Origin: a virus
Taxonomy: Duplodnaviria; Caudoviricetes
DNA length: 45,023 nt
Reading direction: 5' to 3' (one strand)
Virus record (IMG/VR): IMGVR_UViG_3300026546_000006
Span: 1-45,023 of that record
Made by a program: the position numbers and the translations under genes. The notes under the pieces were generated by a model. It did not search any database. It was not told the origin of the DNA and saw nothing but the letters and a program-made list of their open reading frames with translations. How positions within the stretch are numbered: the first letter of the stretch is position 1; each line of letters begins with the position of its first letter. Positions 18,751-27,533 of the stretch are shown in pieces.

Positions 18751-19140
18751 TTATTTATTTTTTTGATGAATAGGAAATTTATTATTATCCTGACTATTAT
18801 CCACTGTATTTCTAAAATTTTTAAAATCATTAAATGTTGATTTACGAACTAAATTTTGAAGTTCATCTGATGTTACATAATAATCATTATCAAATGTTAT
18901 TATATTATTTTTATTATTATTATTTGTTTTTGGTAAATTTATTTTCATAATAGGTGTTAATAATTTAGTTAACCATGTAATTGATGTTTTTTTTAATTTT
19001 TTAAAATCTTCATCATTTATATCATTTTTATTATCATCATTATTAACATCAGTATTATCACTATTATTATTTTCATCGTTAATATCACCATTATTAACTT
19101 GATCATCTTCAAATAATTTAAAATTTAATATTTTTTTCAT
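18751..19140 (-). CDS. Hypothetical putative internal head protein
   Basis: Preferred ATG at 19140 gives MKKILNFKLFE-D; the track's TTG start overlaps the upstream gene. Confidence 0.65.
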   Translation of the reverse strand: MKKILNFKLFEDDQVNNGDINDENNNSDNTDVNNDDNKNDINDEDFKKLKKTSITWLTKLLTPIMKINLPKTNNNNKNNIITFDNDYYVTSDELQNLVRKSTFNDFKNFRNTVDNSQDNNKFPIHQKNK

Positions 19141-19154
19141 ATTTTTTATTTTTT

Positions 19155-19646
19155 TTATATTTTTGAAAGCCAATTTTTCTTTTTTTGTGTTTTTATTTTA
19201 ATATTTGATATTTTATATAAACCAGGCATTAATACATTATTAATATAATTATCTATTTTTTTATTAAAAGTTTTTTCATCATATGACATTAATTTAATTA
19301 AATTCTTATCAGAATTTTTAAATATTTCTTGAAAATAAGTTGGATTTATTTTTTCAGTTTTTTTTATACCATCTATAGCTGCATATAATCCAGTTATATA
19401 TTCTTTTAAAACATTTTTTATTTCATTTGATGTTGTTGTTTTATTAATTTCTTTTGATATACTTCTACCTGTAATTTGAATATATGTTTTTAAACTTTTT
19501 ATTAAATCTTCTGGATTATTATTTTTTTTAATCTCTTTTGTAAAATCATTTAATGGTTTAGATATAAATTCTTTTAAATTTTTAAATAAAAAATTTAAAA
19601 AATTTGTGAATATATTTTCATTAATATAATTATTATAATTTTTCAT
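19155..19646 (-). CDS. Hypothetical putative internal head protein
   Basis: Starts MKNYNNYINE-N; ATATATA motif upstream. Confidence 0.7.
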   Translation of the reverse strand: MKNYNNYINENIFTNFLNFLFKNLKEFISKPLNDFTKEIKKNNNPEDLIKSLKTYIQITGRSISKEINKTTTSNEIKNVLKEYITGLYAAIDGIKKTEKINPTYFQEIFKNSDKNLIKLMSYDEKTFNKKIDNYINNVLMPGLYKISNIKIKTQKKKNWLSKI

Positions 19647-19785
19647 AATTTTTATTCTATTTATATTACTATATATATTTTTATAAATACCAATTTTAAA
19701 AAAAATATAGAATTTTTTTTTTATATATATGAATAAGAAACTTATTTATATTTATATATAAATTATAAAAAAAAAATAAAAAATT

Positions 19786-20367
19786 ATGCCTATAGCACAT
19801 TTTACAAATTTAGATTCAACTCAAACAAATTATTTACCTTTATATAAAAATTTATATGAAGTAAAATTTGATTTACCACCAGTATTACATGATGCTGTTG
19901 GTTTAGTAAGTAATACAAATACACTTTTATTAGAAAATGCAGTAAGTGTAACATTACCAACATATCCTGAATTATCAAGTGTATCACAAAGATTTAAATA
20001 TTCAACAAGATTATATGCATCAATGCCAGAAACTACATCATTAACAGATGTTAAAATAGATTTTAATTTATTTCATAATACAGATGGACACAAAATGGAT
20101 GTTTTTAGAGCTTTAAAAGGATGGTATGATTTATCATGGAATAATGAAACAGGTGAATTAAATTATAAAGAAGATACAAGAGGAACAATTACAGTAGATA
20201 TGCATGATAAAAATGGTATTATATTAAGAAGAATTATATATCATAATGCAGTTTGTAATAACATAAGTGGATTTGATGGTGATTTATCATGGGACAGTAG
20301 TTCATCACCAATTGGACCAATATCAGCAAATTTCTTAGTAGATTATTGGCAAGATTTTTATTATTAA
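19786..20367 (+). CDS. Tail tube protein (T4 gp19-like)
   Basis: 193 aa; NLYEVKFDLP, VSQRFKYSTRLYA, LKGWYDLSWNNETG, NFLVDYW; own promoter motif and terminator. Confidence 0.75.
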   Translation: MPIAHFTNLDSTQTNYLPLYKNLYEVKFDLPPVLHDAVGLVSNTNTLLLENAVSVTLPTYPELSSVSQRFKYSTRLYASMPETTSLTDVKIDFNLFHNTDGHKMDVFRALKGWYDLSWNNETGELNYKEDTRGTITVDMHDKNGIILRRIIYHNAVCNNISGFDGDLSWDSSSSPIGPISANFLVDYWQDFYY

Positions 20368-20379
20368 TATTTTATTAAT

Positions 20380-20410
20380 AAAAAAGAGATAATAAATTAT
20401 CTCTTTTTTT
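20380..20410 (+). terminator. Intrinsic terminator
   Basis: aaaaaagagataat-aa-attatctcttttttt after the tube gene. Confidence 0.8.
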
Positions 20411-20436
20411 ATATATAATTAAAAATATTTATCATA

Positions 20437-21297
20437 ATGCAAATATCATATAATAATTTTATTTTAAATGAAAAATTAGGAATTAATGAAGATGTTATTA
20501 AAATATCTGAAATTATATTTAAAAATATTAGACAAGGATTAACAAAAATAAAATTACCTGAAAATAAATTAAATATAAAAGAAATAATTATAAATTATAC
20601 TGATAGTATATCAATTATGGGACATAATATAAGTGATTCAACAGAAAATAAAATTATTATAAATATAAATCCATATATTAAAATAAATTTAGGTATGATA
20701 TATCATGAGATGAATCATATATTGCAATTTATAAAAATAGGAAAAAATAAATCAAAAGAGAAATTAAATCCATTAATGTCAATGGAGTTAACAATGTTTA
20801 ATAATGATTTTCAAATAAAAATTTTAAAAGATTTTATAAATTTTATTTATTATTTACAAAAAGATGAAATAGATTCATATATTTATAATTCATATTATGA
20901 AATTAAAAAATTTATAAAAGAAAATAATATAGATATTAAAAATATTAATAATATATTTCCAATTTTAATAAAAAATACATTAGGGTATAAAATATTAACA
21001 GCATTAAAATTATATAATGTTGATAATTTAAAGCAATTAGATAATGATATTTTAATAAGATTTATTAATACAATTAATAAAAATAAAGATTTAATTCTAA
21101 AATATAAATTAGAAAACATTGAAAATGCAATAGATATTATAAAAAAAGGATTATTGCCACAAGATTATAAAATATTAAATATTGATGATTTTTTAAAAAA
21201 GGTGAAAATTAAACAAAAAAATTCAATAAAATATTTTGAAAAAAAATTATTTAAATTAAATCATTTGATAAAATATGAAAATGACCCAACTATATAA
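20437..21297 (+). CDS. Zincin-like (HExxH) metalloprotease, putative internal head protein
   Basis: IYHEMNHILQ plus downstream KDEIDSY; N-terminus MQISYNNFILNE. Confidence 0.6.
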   Translation: MQISYNNFILNEKLGINEDVIKISEIIFKNIRQGLTKIKLPENKLNIKEIIINYTDSISIMGHNISDSTENKIIININPYIKINLGMIYHEMNHILQFIKIGKNKSKEKLNPLMSMELTMFNNDFQIKILKDFINFIYYLQKDEIDSYIYNSYYEIKKFIKENNIDIKNINNIFPILIKNTLGYKILTALKLYNVDNLKQLDNDILIRFINTINKNKDLILKYKLENIENAIDIIKKGLLPQDYKILNIDDFLKKVKIKQKNSIKYFEKKLFKLNHLIKYENDPTI

Positions 21298-21324
21298 AAT
21301 ATATAAAATAAAAAAAATATATTT

Positions 21325-22305
21325 ATGTCAAATGAAAAAAAACAAGATGATATTTTAAGTAAATTTATTGAAAATGAAACAAAATCTAATTTACCAAATA
21401 ATAATACAAAATTAGATGATAATAATGATAATAATTTACCAAAAGATTATACAAAATCATCTGAAAATTATGTTTATGGTAGAGAATATTTCTCTATTGA
21501 TACTAATTTATTACCAACAGGTATTTTTTATAAACCAGGCACTAAAATTAGTATTAGAGCAGCATCTGTTGCTGATGTTCAAGAATATTCTGTTGTTGAT
21601 GATTCTAATATAATGGATGTTACAGAAAAAATGAATTTAATTTTATCAAGATGTGTAAGATACACACATCCGAATGGTTTAACTGGAACATACAAAGATA
21701 TTAAAGATAGTGATAGATTAGTATTAATATTTATGATTAGAGAATTAACATTTCAAAAAGGTAATAATTTAGCTAAAGATGTAACATGTAAATATTGTAA
21801 TCATGATTTTAAAATAGAATTTAGATCAACACATAGTCAAACCCATCACAAAACTTTTGTTTATTATGAATTAGATGATGAATTAAAAGATTTTTTAAAT
21901 CCAGTTACAAATACAATTGATATTGAAATTAATAATAAATTATGGAAATTATCACCACCAACAATTGGTTTACAAGAAATATTTTTTAGTAATATTAAAA
22001 ATAAAGTACAAGAAGATAATAATCCAAATATATCGTTTTTAAAAATTATACCATTTACATTGTGGAATATGAATAAAATTAGTGAAGATGGAATAAAAGC
22101 AAAAGAAAAAGAATTTAAATCAATGGATATGGAAACATTTCAAACATTGAATTATATTGTAGATAAAATGAAATTTGGTATTAAAGAATTAACAGATAAA
22201 TGTCCAGTCTGTGGCGGGGAGGTCCACAGTGATATGTCCTTTCCCAGAGGAGCATCAAATATTTTCATTATTCCAAGAAAACTTGACAAATTTAAGAAAA
22301 AATAA
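21325..22305 (+). CDS. Baseplate hub assembly protein (T4 gp26-like)
   Basis: LPTG.FY, DRLVLIFMIRELT, CKYC and CPVCG Zn-type motifs, PPTIG. Confidence 0.7.
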   Translation: MSNEKKQDDILSKFIENETKSNLPNNNTKLDDNNDNNLPKDYTKSSENYVYGREYFSIDTNLLPTGIFYKPGTKISIRAASVADVQEYSVVDDSNIMDVTEKMNLILSRCVRYTHPNGLTGTYKDIKDSDRLVLIFMIRELTFQKGNNLAKDVTCKYCNHDFKIEFRSTHSQTHHKTFVYYELDDELKDFLNPVTNTIDIEINNKLWKLSPPTIGLQEIFFSNIKNKVQEDNNPNISFLKIIPFTLWNMNKISEDGIKAKEKEFKSMDMETFQTLNYIVDKMKFGIKELTDKCPVCGGEVHSDMSFPRGASNIFIIPRKLDKFKKK

Positions 22306-22525
22306 ATTAGAGTTTATGATACAGGCCAATCAACAAACAACAACAATTGATACATGGCCATATTATGAATTTGAAGATTATATTAAAATATTAAATGATA
22401 GAAATGAAGAAGAAAAGAAAGCACAAGAAGAACAAAACGAAAAACAAAACACACAAATTCCAAATATGAATCAAATTTCAAATTTGACAAATAATTTCAA
22501 AATGCCTAATATACCAAAAATATAA
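22229..22525 (+). CDS. gp51-like baseplate/tail assembly chaperone (start uncertain; may be a frameshift extension of the gp26-like gene)
   Basis: NLTNLRKNKLEFM...IDTWPYYEFEDYIKILNDRNEEE resembles gp51. GTG at 22229 lies 5 nt after GGAGGT. Overlaps the upstream gene in the +1 frame. Confidence 0.6.
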   Translation: MICPFPEEHQIFSLFQENLTNLRKNKLEFMIQANQQTTTIDTWPYYEFEDYIKILNDRNEEEKKAQEEQNEKQNTQIPNMNQISNLTNNFKMPNIPKI

Positions 22526-22548
22526 AACCCAAATAACTTTGGGTTTTT
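22524..22548 (+). terminator. Intrinsic terminator
   Basis: aaaacccaaa-taac-tttgggttttt. Confidence 0.8.
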
Positions 22549-22593
22549 ATTTTTGGTTTTTTAATTTTTATATATAATTGAAAAAAAAATTAA

Positions 22594-22836
22594 ATGAAAA
22601 TTTTTAATGATTTTTTGAATGAAAATATTGATAATATAAAACATTTTCAATATGATGTAGATTCATTAGATATTGATGATGTAAAAGAAACATTATCTGA
22701 ATTATCTTTAAATAAAAACATTAATTATAATATTAATATTATAAAAGGTGTTAAAAATAGTACAATATTAATCAAATTTAAAGGCAAAATAAATGATATC
22801 AATTTCATAATTGATGCAATAAAAAATAAATATTAA
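22594..22836 (+). CDS. Small putative internal head protein
   Basis: Starts MKIFNDFLNE-N; TATATATA upstream. Confidence 0.7.
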   Translation: MKIFNDFLNENIDNIKHFQYDVDSLDIDDVKETLSELSLNKNINYNINIIKGVKNSTILIKFKGKINDINFIIDAIKNKY

Positions 22837-22839
22837 AAA

Positions 22840-23073
22840 ATGAAAAATAAAATATTAAAATTTTCAAATTATTTAAAAGAAGATGTTGATTCAATGGATG
22901 GTAATGATATAAAATATAATAATGTTCAAATATCTTTTACATTAAATTATAATGAAAATCCATTATATATTATGTCAGTAATTAAAGAAACTCTTAATAA
23001 AAAATTTGGAATGTATGAAGATTTAACAATATCAGTTAATGATGAAATAATACCAAATGATAATTTATTATAA
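22840..23073 (+). CDS. Small putative internal head protein
   Basis: Starts MKNKILKFSNYLKE-D. Confidence 0.7.
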   Translation: MKNKILKFSNYLKEDVDSMDGNDIKYNNVQISFTLNYNENPLYIMSVIKETLNKKFGMYEDLTISVNDEIIPNDNLL

Positions 23074-23092
23074 AAATAAAAAAAAATTTTAA

Positions 23093-24316
23093 ATGATAAA
23101 AAAAATACATTTTTTTGATTTAGATGGCACATTATTAAATATAAAATCAAATATATGGATTATTGATAAAAATAAACCAAATAAACCTATATTAAAAATA
23201 GATATATTGGAATTTTCATTAATAAGAAATGGATTTTATAAAAATTTTAATTTACCATTAAAATACAATGGTAATATTTTTTATATTAGTCAAAATATGT
23301 TTGATAAAATATCAAAAAAAACAAAATCTCAAAATATTAATAGATTTGGTATTTCTTTTAATAATTTTTATGATCAAAAACAATTAAATAATTCTAAAAT
23401 TACATATTTATTAGATAATATTAATCATTTAAGAAATGAAAAAAACATTGATATTGGTATATTAACAGCTAGATCTAATCAATATAATCATGCTGATATT
23501 ATTAATAATTTAAGATTAGAATTAAAAAATATTGGATTACAAATAAATAAAATATATTTTGTTGGTGATAAATTTAGTATTTTTACTAATAATGATATAA
23601 GTTTAAAAAAAGTTTATATATTATTAGAACACTTAATTGGTTTTAAAATATCAAATAATAAATTTATTTTTAATAAACAAGATTGGTATCAAAATGTTTA
23701 TTTTTATGATGATTTTAAAACAAATATTAATTATGCAAATGACATTCAAAATATTTTTGAAAACATATTATATAATTCAGATAATGAAATTAAAGATATT
23801 ATTTATAATAGGGTCAATAATAATAAATTATTATTAATTAATAATTTAATAACAAATAATGATTTAAATCGTTTTAATACAAAAGAAATACAATTAAAAT
23901 CACCAATTAGTTACCCTATAATTGAAAAAAGATTATATACTAAATTTAAAATATATGAGAATATTTATACTACAGATAAAGAAAAAATTAAAAAACAAAA
24001 AAAAGATATTCAAAATATTTTAATTAATTATATGATGAAGTATATTTATAATTATTTTATAACAAATTATATAATTAATATAAAAAAAAATAAAATAGAA
24101 ATTAATATTTTTGGTTATGGTCAAATAGATTACAATACTGAAGCAAAACATGATGCATTAATAAAAATAATTTTTTTAAAAATAAATAATAAATGGATAA
24201 TAAAAACAAAAAAATCAGATATTTATAAAAAAATGTTAAAACAAACAAATAGTAAAAAAAATAATTTAATTTTAGATATAATAAGTGATATTTATAAATA
24301 TGTAAAAAATATTTAA
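23093..24316 (+). CDS. HAD-superfamily phosphatase with C-terminal extension
   Basis: FFDLDGTL (motif I), ILTARS (II), FYDD (IV). Confidence 0.75.
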   Translation: MIKKIHFFDLDGTLLNIKSNIWIIDKNKPNKPILKIDILEFSLIRNGFYKNFNLPLKYNGNIFYISQNMFDKISKKTKSQNINRFGISFNNFYDQKQLNNSKITYLLDNINHLRNEKNIDIGILTARSNQYNHADIINNLRLELKNIGLQINKIYFVGDKFSIFTNNDISLKKVYILLEHLIGFKISNNKFIFNKQDWYQNVYFYDDFKTNINYANDIQNIFENILYNSDNEIKDIIYNRVNNNKLLLINNLITNNDLNRFNTKEIQLKSPISYPIIEKRLYTKFKIYENIYTTDKEKIKKQKKDIQNILINYMMKYIYNYFITNYIINIKKNKIEINIFGYGQIDYNTEAKHDALIKIIFLKINNKWIIKTKKSDIYKKMLKQTNSKKNNLILDIISDIYKYVKNI

Positions 24317-24321
24317 TAAAA

Positions 24322-24606
24322 ATGGATGAAATATTAATTAAAGGTATAATAGAATATACAAAATATAATAAAATAAATTGGGTATTATATTATGACACAA
24401 GTAGTAAATTAGTTTATAAAACTATATATTTTTATACTAATAATAAATATATTGATATTAGATTATATTATGATAAAAAAAATAAATATTCAATTGATAT
24501 TTCATTATCAATTGGACCTAATAGAATTAGAGAATATAAATTTATATCTAATAATAAATACAACAATTTATTAAAACATTTATTATCAATGATTAAAGAC
24601 AAATAA
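24322..24606 (+). CDS. Hypothetical protein
   Basis: 94-aa ORF in the operon. Confidence 0.65.
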   Translation: MDEILIKGIIEYTKYNKINWVLYYDTSSKLVYKTIYFYTNNKYIDIRLYYDKKNKYSIDISLSIGPNRIREYKFISNNKYNNLLKHLLSMIKDK

Positions 24607-24646
24607 AAATATTTTTTTATAATAAAATTTTTATTATATTTAAAAT

Positions 24647-25150
24647 ATGAGAAAAATACAAATTACAAATAATAATCATGATTTTTTAATAAAAAAAAAT
24701 TATACACCATTTTATATTAATTTAAAAGAAAAAAATATTATATCTTATATAAGTATAAATTTTCATAAATCAAATAATACTATATTAGTAGCTCAAAATA
24801 TATATGGTTATTTTTTATATTATGCTTCATCTATATTAAAAAATACTAATATAGTAATAAATCCTTTATTTTTTGATTCAAATGGTAATAAGGTATCACC
24901 ATCGACTAAAATTTATAATAAAGATAACATTAATAAATGCATTGTTATTTTAACAGATAATTTTGAATATTTTGATAAAACAATAAAATTTATAAAAGAT
25001 AATGGAAATAAGTATTTTATAATAAAAGAACATGAATTATTAAAAACATTAACACAAATTGAAAACGAATTAACAACACAAGTTGAAAAATCTAAAGAAA
25101 AAATATCAGAAATGACGAAAAATTTAAAAAAAAATGTACGATGGAGATAA
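24647..25150 (+). CDS. Hypothetical protein with C-terminal coiled coil
   Basis: 167-aa ORF. Confidence 0.65.
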   Translation: MRKIQITNNNHDFLIKKNYTPFYINLKEKNIISYISINFHKSNNTILVAQNIYGYFLYYASSILKNTNIVINPLFFDSNGNKVSPSTKIYNKDNINKCIVILTDNFEYFDKTIKFIKDNGNKYFIIKEHELLKTLTQIENELTTQVEKSKEKISEMTKNLKKNVRWR

Positions 25151-25168
25151 TTCAAAAAGTTCGGAAAG

Positions 25169-25570
25169 ATGATAAATAAAACAAAACAAAATATAATTAA
25201 TTTAAATGAAAATGAAATATTTGTATTTGGCTCTAATTTAAGTGGTCGACATGGTAAAGGGGCTGCTAAAATAGCATTAAAATGGGGAGCAAAATATGGT
25301 CAATGTTGTGGAATACAAGGAAATACATATGCAATACCAACCAAAGATAAAAAAATGAAAACATTACCATTAAATATTATTAAAAATTATATAAATACAT
25401 TTATAAATTATGCTAAAAATAATAATCAAAAAATTTTTTTAGTGACAGAAATAGGTTGTGGACTAGCTGGTTATAATCCTATAGATATTGCACCTCTTTT
25501 TAAAAAATCTATAATTTATAAAAATATTTATTTACCAGAATCATTTTGGAAAATATTAATTTCTATTTAA
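25169..25570 (+). CDS. Conserved phage protein (A1S_2505-like; macrodomain-like fold)
   Basis: IFVFGSNLSGRHGKGAA, GIQGNTYAIPT, FLVTEIGCGLAGY, IAPLF. Confidence 0.75.
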   Translation: MINKTKQNIINLNENEIFVFGSNLSGRHGKGAAKIALKWGAKYGQCCGIQGNTYAIPTKDKKMKTLPLNIIKNYINTFINYAKNNNQKIFLVTEIGCGLAGYNPIDIAPLFKKSIIYKNIYLPESFWKILISI

Positions 25571-25813
25571 AAATCGTTCAATGTTTTGACATAATGGAGA
25601 TTTTCCATATATTCTTTCATTTATATCTTGACATAAAAATCCTGAACCTGGATAATATCTTAAAATAATATTTTCATTAACTTTAAATCCAGCATTTGAT
25701 AAAATAAATATTAAAGCATTTTCATCATAATTTTCTTTTAAATATAAAATATTATTATTAATACTTTTATCTAAATCTTTATCTATCAATTTTTGTAATT
25801 TATCTTTAATCAT
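25556..25813 (-). CDS. Hypothetical protein
   Basis: 85 aa; ATGA overlap with the upstream gene. Confidence 0.6.
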   Translation of the reverse strand: MIKDKLQKLIDKDLDKSINNNILYLKENYDENALIFILSNAGFKVNENIILRYYPGSGFLCQDINERIYGKSPLCQNIERFLNRN

Positions 25814-26115
25814 TGAATTGTTTTTATTTTAATTCCACTTTGTAATAACCATTGAAATTCATAATAAATTCCTTCTTTTTTATCATGTGCATCTGTATTT
25901 TGTATAATATTATCATCTACATTAACTTTTAATAAAAAAATATCATTTTGTTTTATTACTTCCAGTAATTTAATAGTTTCAATCCAATTTATTTCATTTT
26001 CTATTGCTTCTGTTATATTTGATTTATTTGTTATTTTCAATAAATATTCTTCATTTATATAACATTCAATTATAAATTCATTTTTATTTAAAAAATTATT
26101 ATATTCTAAAATCAT
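25810..26115 (-). CDS. Putative internal head protein with internal duplication
   Basis: Starts MILEYNNFLNKNE; two similar halves (EAIENEINW / EGIYYEFQW). Confidence 0.65.
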   Translation of the reverse strand: MILEYNNFLNKNEFIIECYINEEYLLKITNKSNITEAIENEINWIETIKLLEVIKQNDIFLLKVNVDDNIIQNTDAHDKKEGIYYEFQWLLQSGIKIKTIQ

Positions 26116-26200
26116 TAAAAAAATATTTTTATTCTATATATTAAATTTTAATATCATAGTTTTTATCCGATTAATAATTATATATAAAAATAAAAATTAA

Positions 26201-26869
26201 ATGATATTTATAGGAATTGATATATCCATTAATTCAACTGCATTAACAGTTTATAAAGAAAACAAATATTATTTTTATAATTATACAAAAGTAAAAAAAA
26301 ATAATAAATGGATTAAACAAACATCTGATATTATTAATTATAGATTTTTAGATTATACATCTAATTCTAATTTTTCAAATAATTTATTAAATAAAATAAT
26401 TTTTAATGATAAATATTCAGATTTAATTATTAATGATATTAATTCATTTGATGATTCAAAAATTATTGGTATCGAAGGTTATAATTATGGATTAAAAACA
26501 ACAGATTCTATTATTGATATATCAGAATTAAGTAGTATTATTAAATTAAAAATATTGACAAAAGTAAAAAAATTAAATGATGTACATATTATACCACCTA
26601 AAACAATAAAAATCAATACATCTAATTTAATTTATAAAACAACAAATAATAAAATTTCAAGAAATAATAAAGGAATAGCAGGTGGTAATTTTGATAAACA
26701 TGATATGATGTTAGCTTTTATGGATAGTAAAATTAATAATACATTGAAACAATATTTAAAATTAAATAATGAAAAAATATTAGCAATGAAAAATATACCA
26801 AAACCATTTGATGATATAATAGACTCATTATTTATAATGGAAATTATAAAAAAAAATATTAATATATAA
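26201..26869 (+). CDS. RuvC-like Holliday junction resolvase
   Basis: FIGIDISINSTAL, IGIEGY, PKTIK, DDIIDS acidic RNase H-fold motifs. Confidence 0.75.
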   Translation: MIFIGIDISINSTALTVYKENKYYFYNYTKVKKNNKWIKQTSDIINYRFLDYTSNSNFSNNLLNKIIFNDKYSDLIINDINSFDDSKIIGIEGYNYGLKTTDSIIDISELSSIIKLKILTKVKKLNDVHIIPPKTIKINTSNLIYKTTNNKISRNNKGIAGGNFDKHDMMLAFMDSKINNTLKQYLKLNNEKILAMKNIPKPFDDIIDSLFIMEIIKKNINI

Positions 26870-26887
26870 AATAAATTAATAAATAAA

Positions 26888-27211
26888 ATGAACAAAAAAA
26901 TTCTAGAAGTTTATAATATTTTAAATAATACAGATTCAAATGATAATTTACCTGAAGTAACTGGTCATAAAGGTTCTCCAATTACTGATATTAGTACTAA
27001 TAAAAGTAAAACAAAAGTTGCATCTGTTGATGGTAGAATTCACATATGGGATTATAATTCTGGTACATTATTAAGAAGTTTTTATACTCCAACAAGAATG
27101 ATCAGTATTTCATTTATAGATGACGATACTGTTGTGTCTGGTAATGCTAGAGGTAATATTCAAGTATGGAATGTTAACACTGGTAAAATAGTAAGATCAT
27201 TTATAAATTAA
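26888..27211 (+). CDS. Small WD40-repeat protein (two repeats)
   Basis: GHKGSPITDI...SVDGRIHIWD and VSGNARGNIQVWN, each followed by G.(L/I)(L/V)RSF. Confidence 0.7.
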   Translation: MNKKILEVYNILNNTDSNDNLPEVTGHKGSPITDISTNKSKTKVASVDGRIHIWDYNSGTLLRSFYTPTRMISISFIDDDTVVSGNARGNIQVWNVNTGKIVRSFIN

Positions 27212-27280
27212 TTTTTTTAATATTATTAATTAACTTATTTTTGATTTTCAAATATAATATATATAAAATTAAAAATAAGA

Positions 27281-27288
27281 AAGGAGGT
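27281..27288 (+). promoter_or_regulatory. Perfect Shine-Dalgarno AAGGAGGT
   Basis: 5 nt before the ATG at 27294. Confidence 0.75.
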
Positions 27289-27293
27289 TAAAA

Positions 27294-27425
27294 ATGAATA
27301 GAAAATATGATAACTTATTTGATTTGCCAATAACAGGCATCAAAAGAAATAGATCCATTTTTTTAGGACAAAATAAAAAAAGATTATATGATAATATAAT
27401 TAAATTTTATAAAAAAAGACAGTAA
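27294..27425 (+). CDS. 43-aa basic small protein
   Basis: MNRKYDNLFDLPITGIKRNRSIFLGQNKKRLYDNIIKFYKKRQ*; has its own promoter motif, SD and terminator; not in the ORF track. Confidence 0.65.
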   Translation: MNRKYDNLFDLPITGIKRNRSIFLGQNKKRLYDNIIKFYKKRQ

Positions 27426-27452
27426 GAAATAAAATCTTACTGTTTTTTTTTA
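27411..27452 (+). terminator. Intrinsic terminator overlapping the stop codon
   Basis: acagtaaga-aataaaa-tcttactgt followed by a T-run. Confidence 0.75.
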
Positions 27453-27533
27453 TTTTATTATATTCATTATCAATAAAATAAAATTCAACATATAAAAAAT
27501 AATATATAGGTATTAAAAATAAATTTAAAAAAT

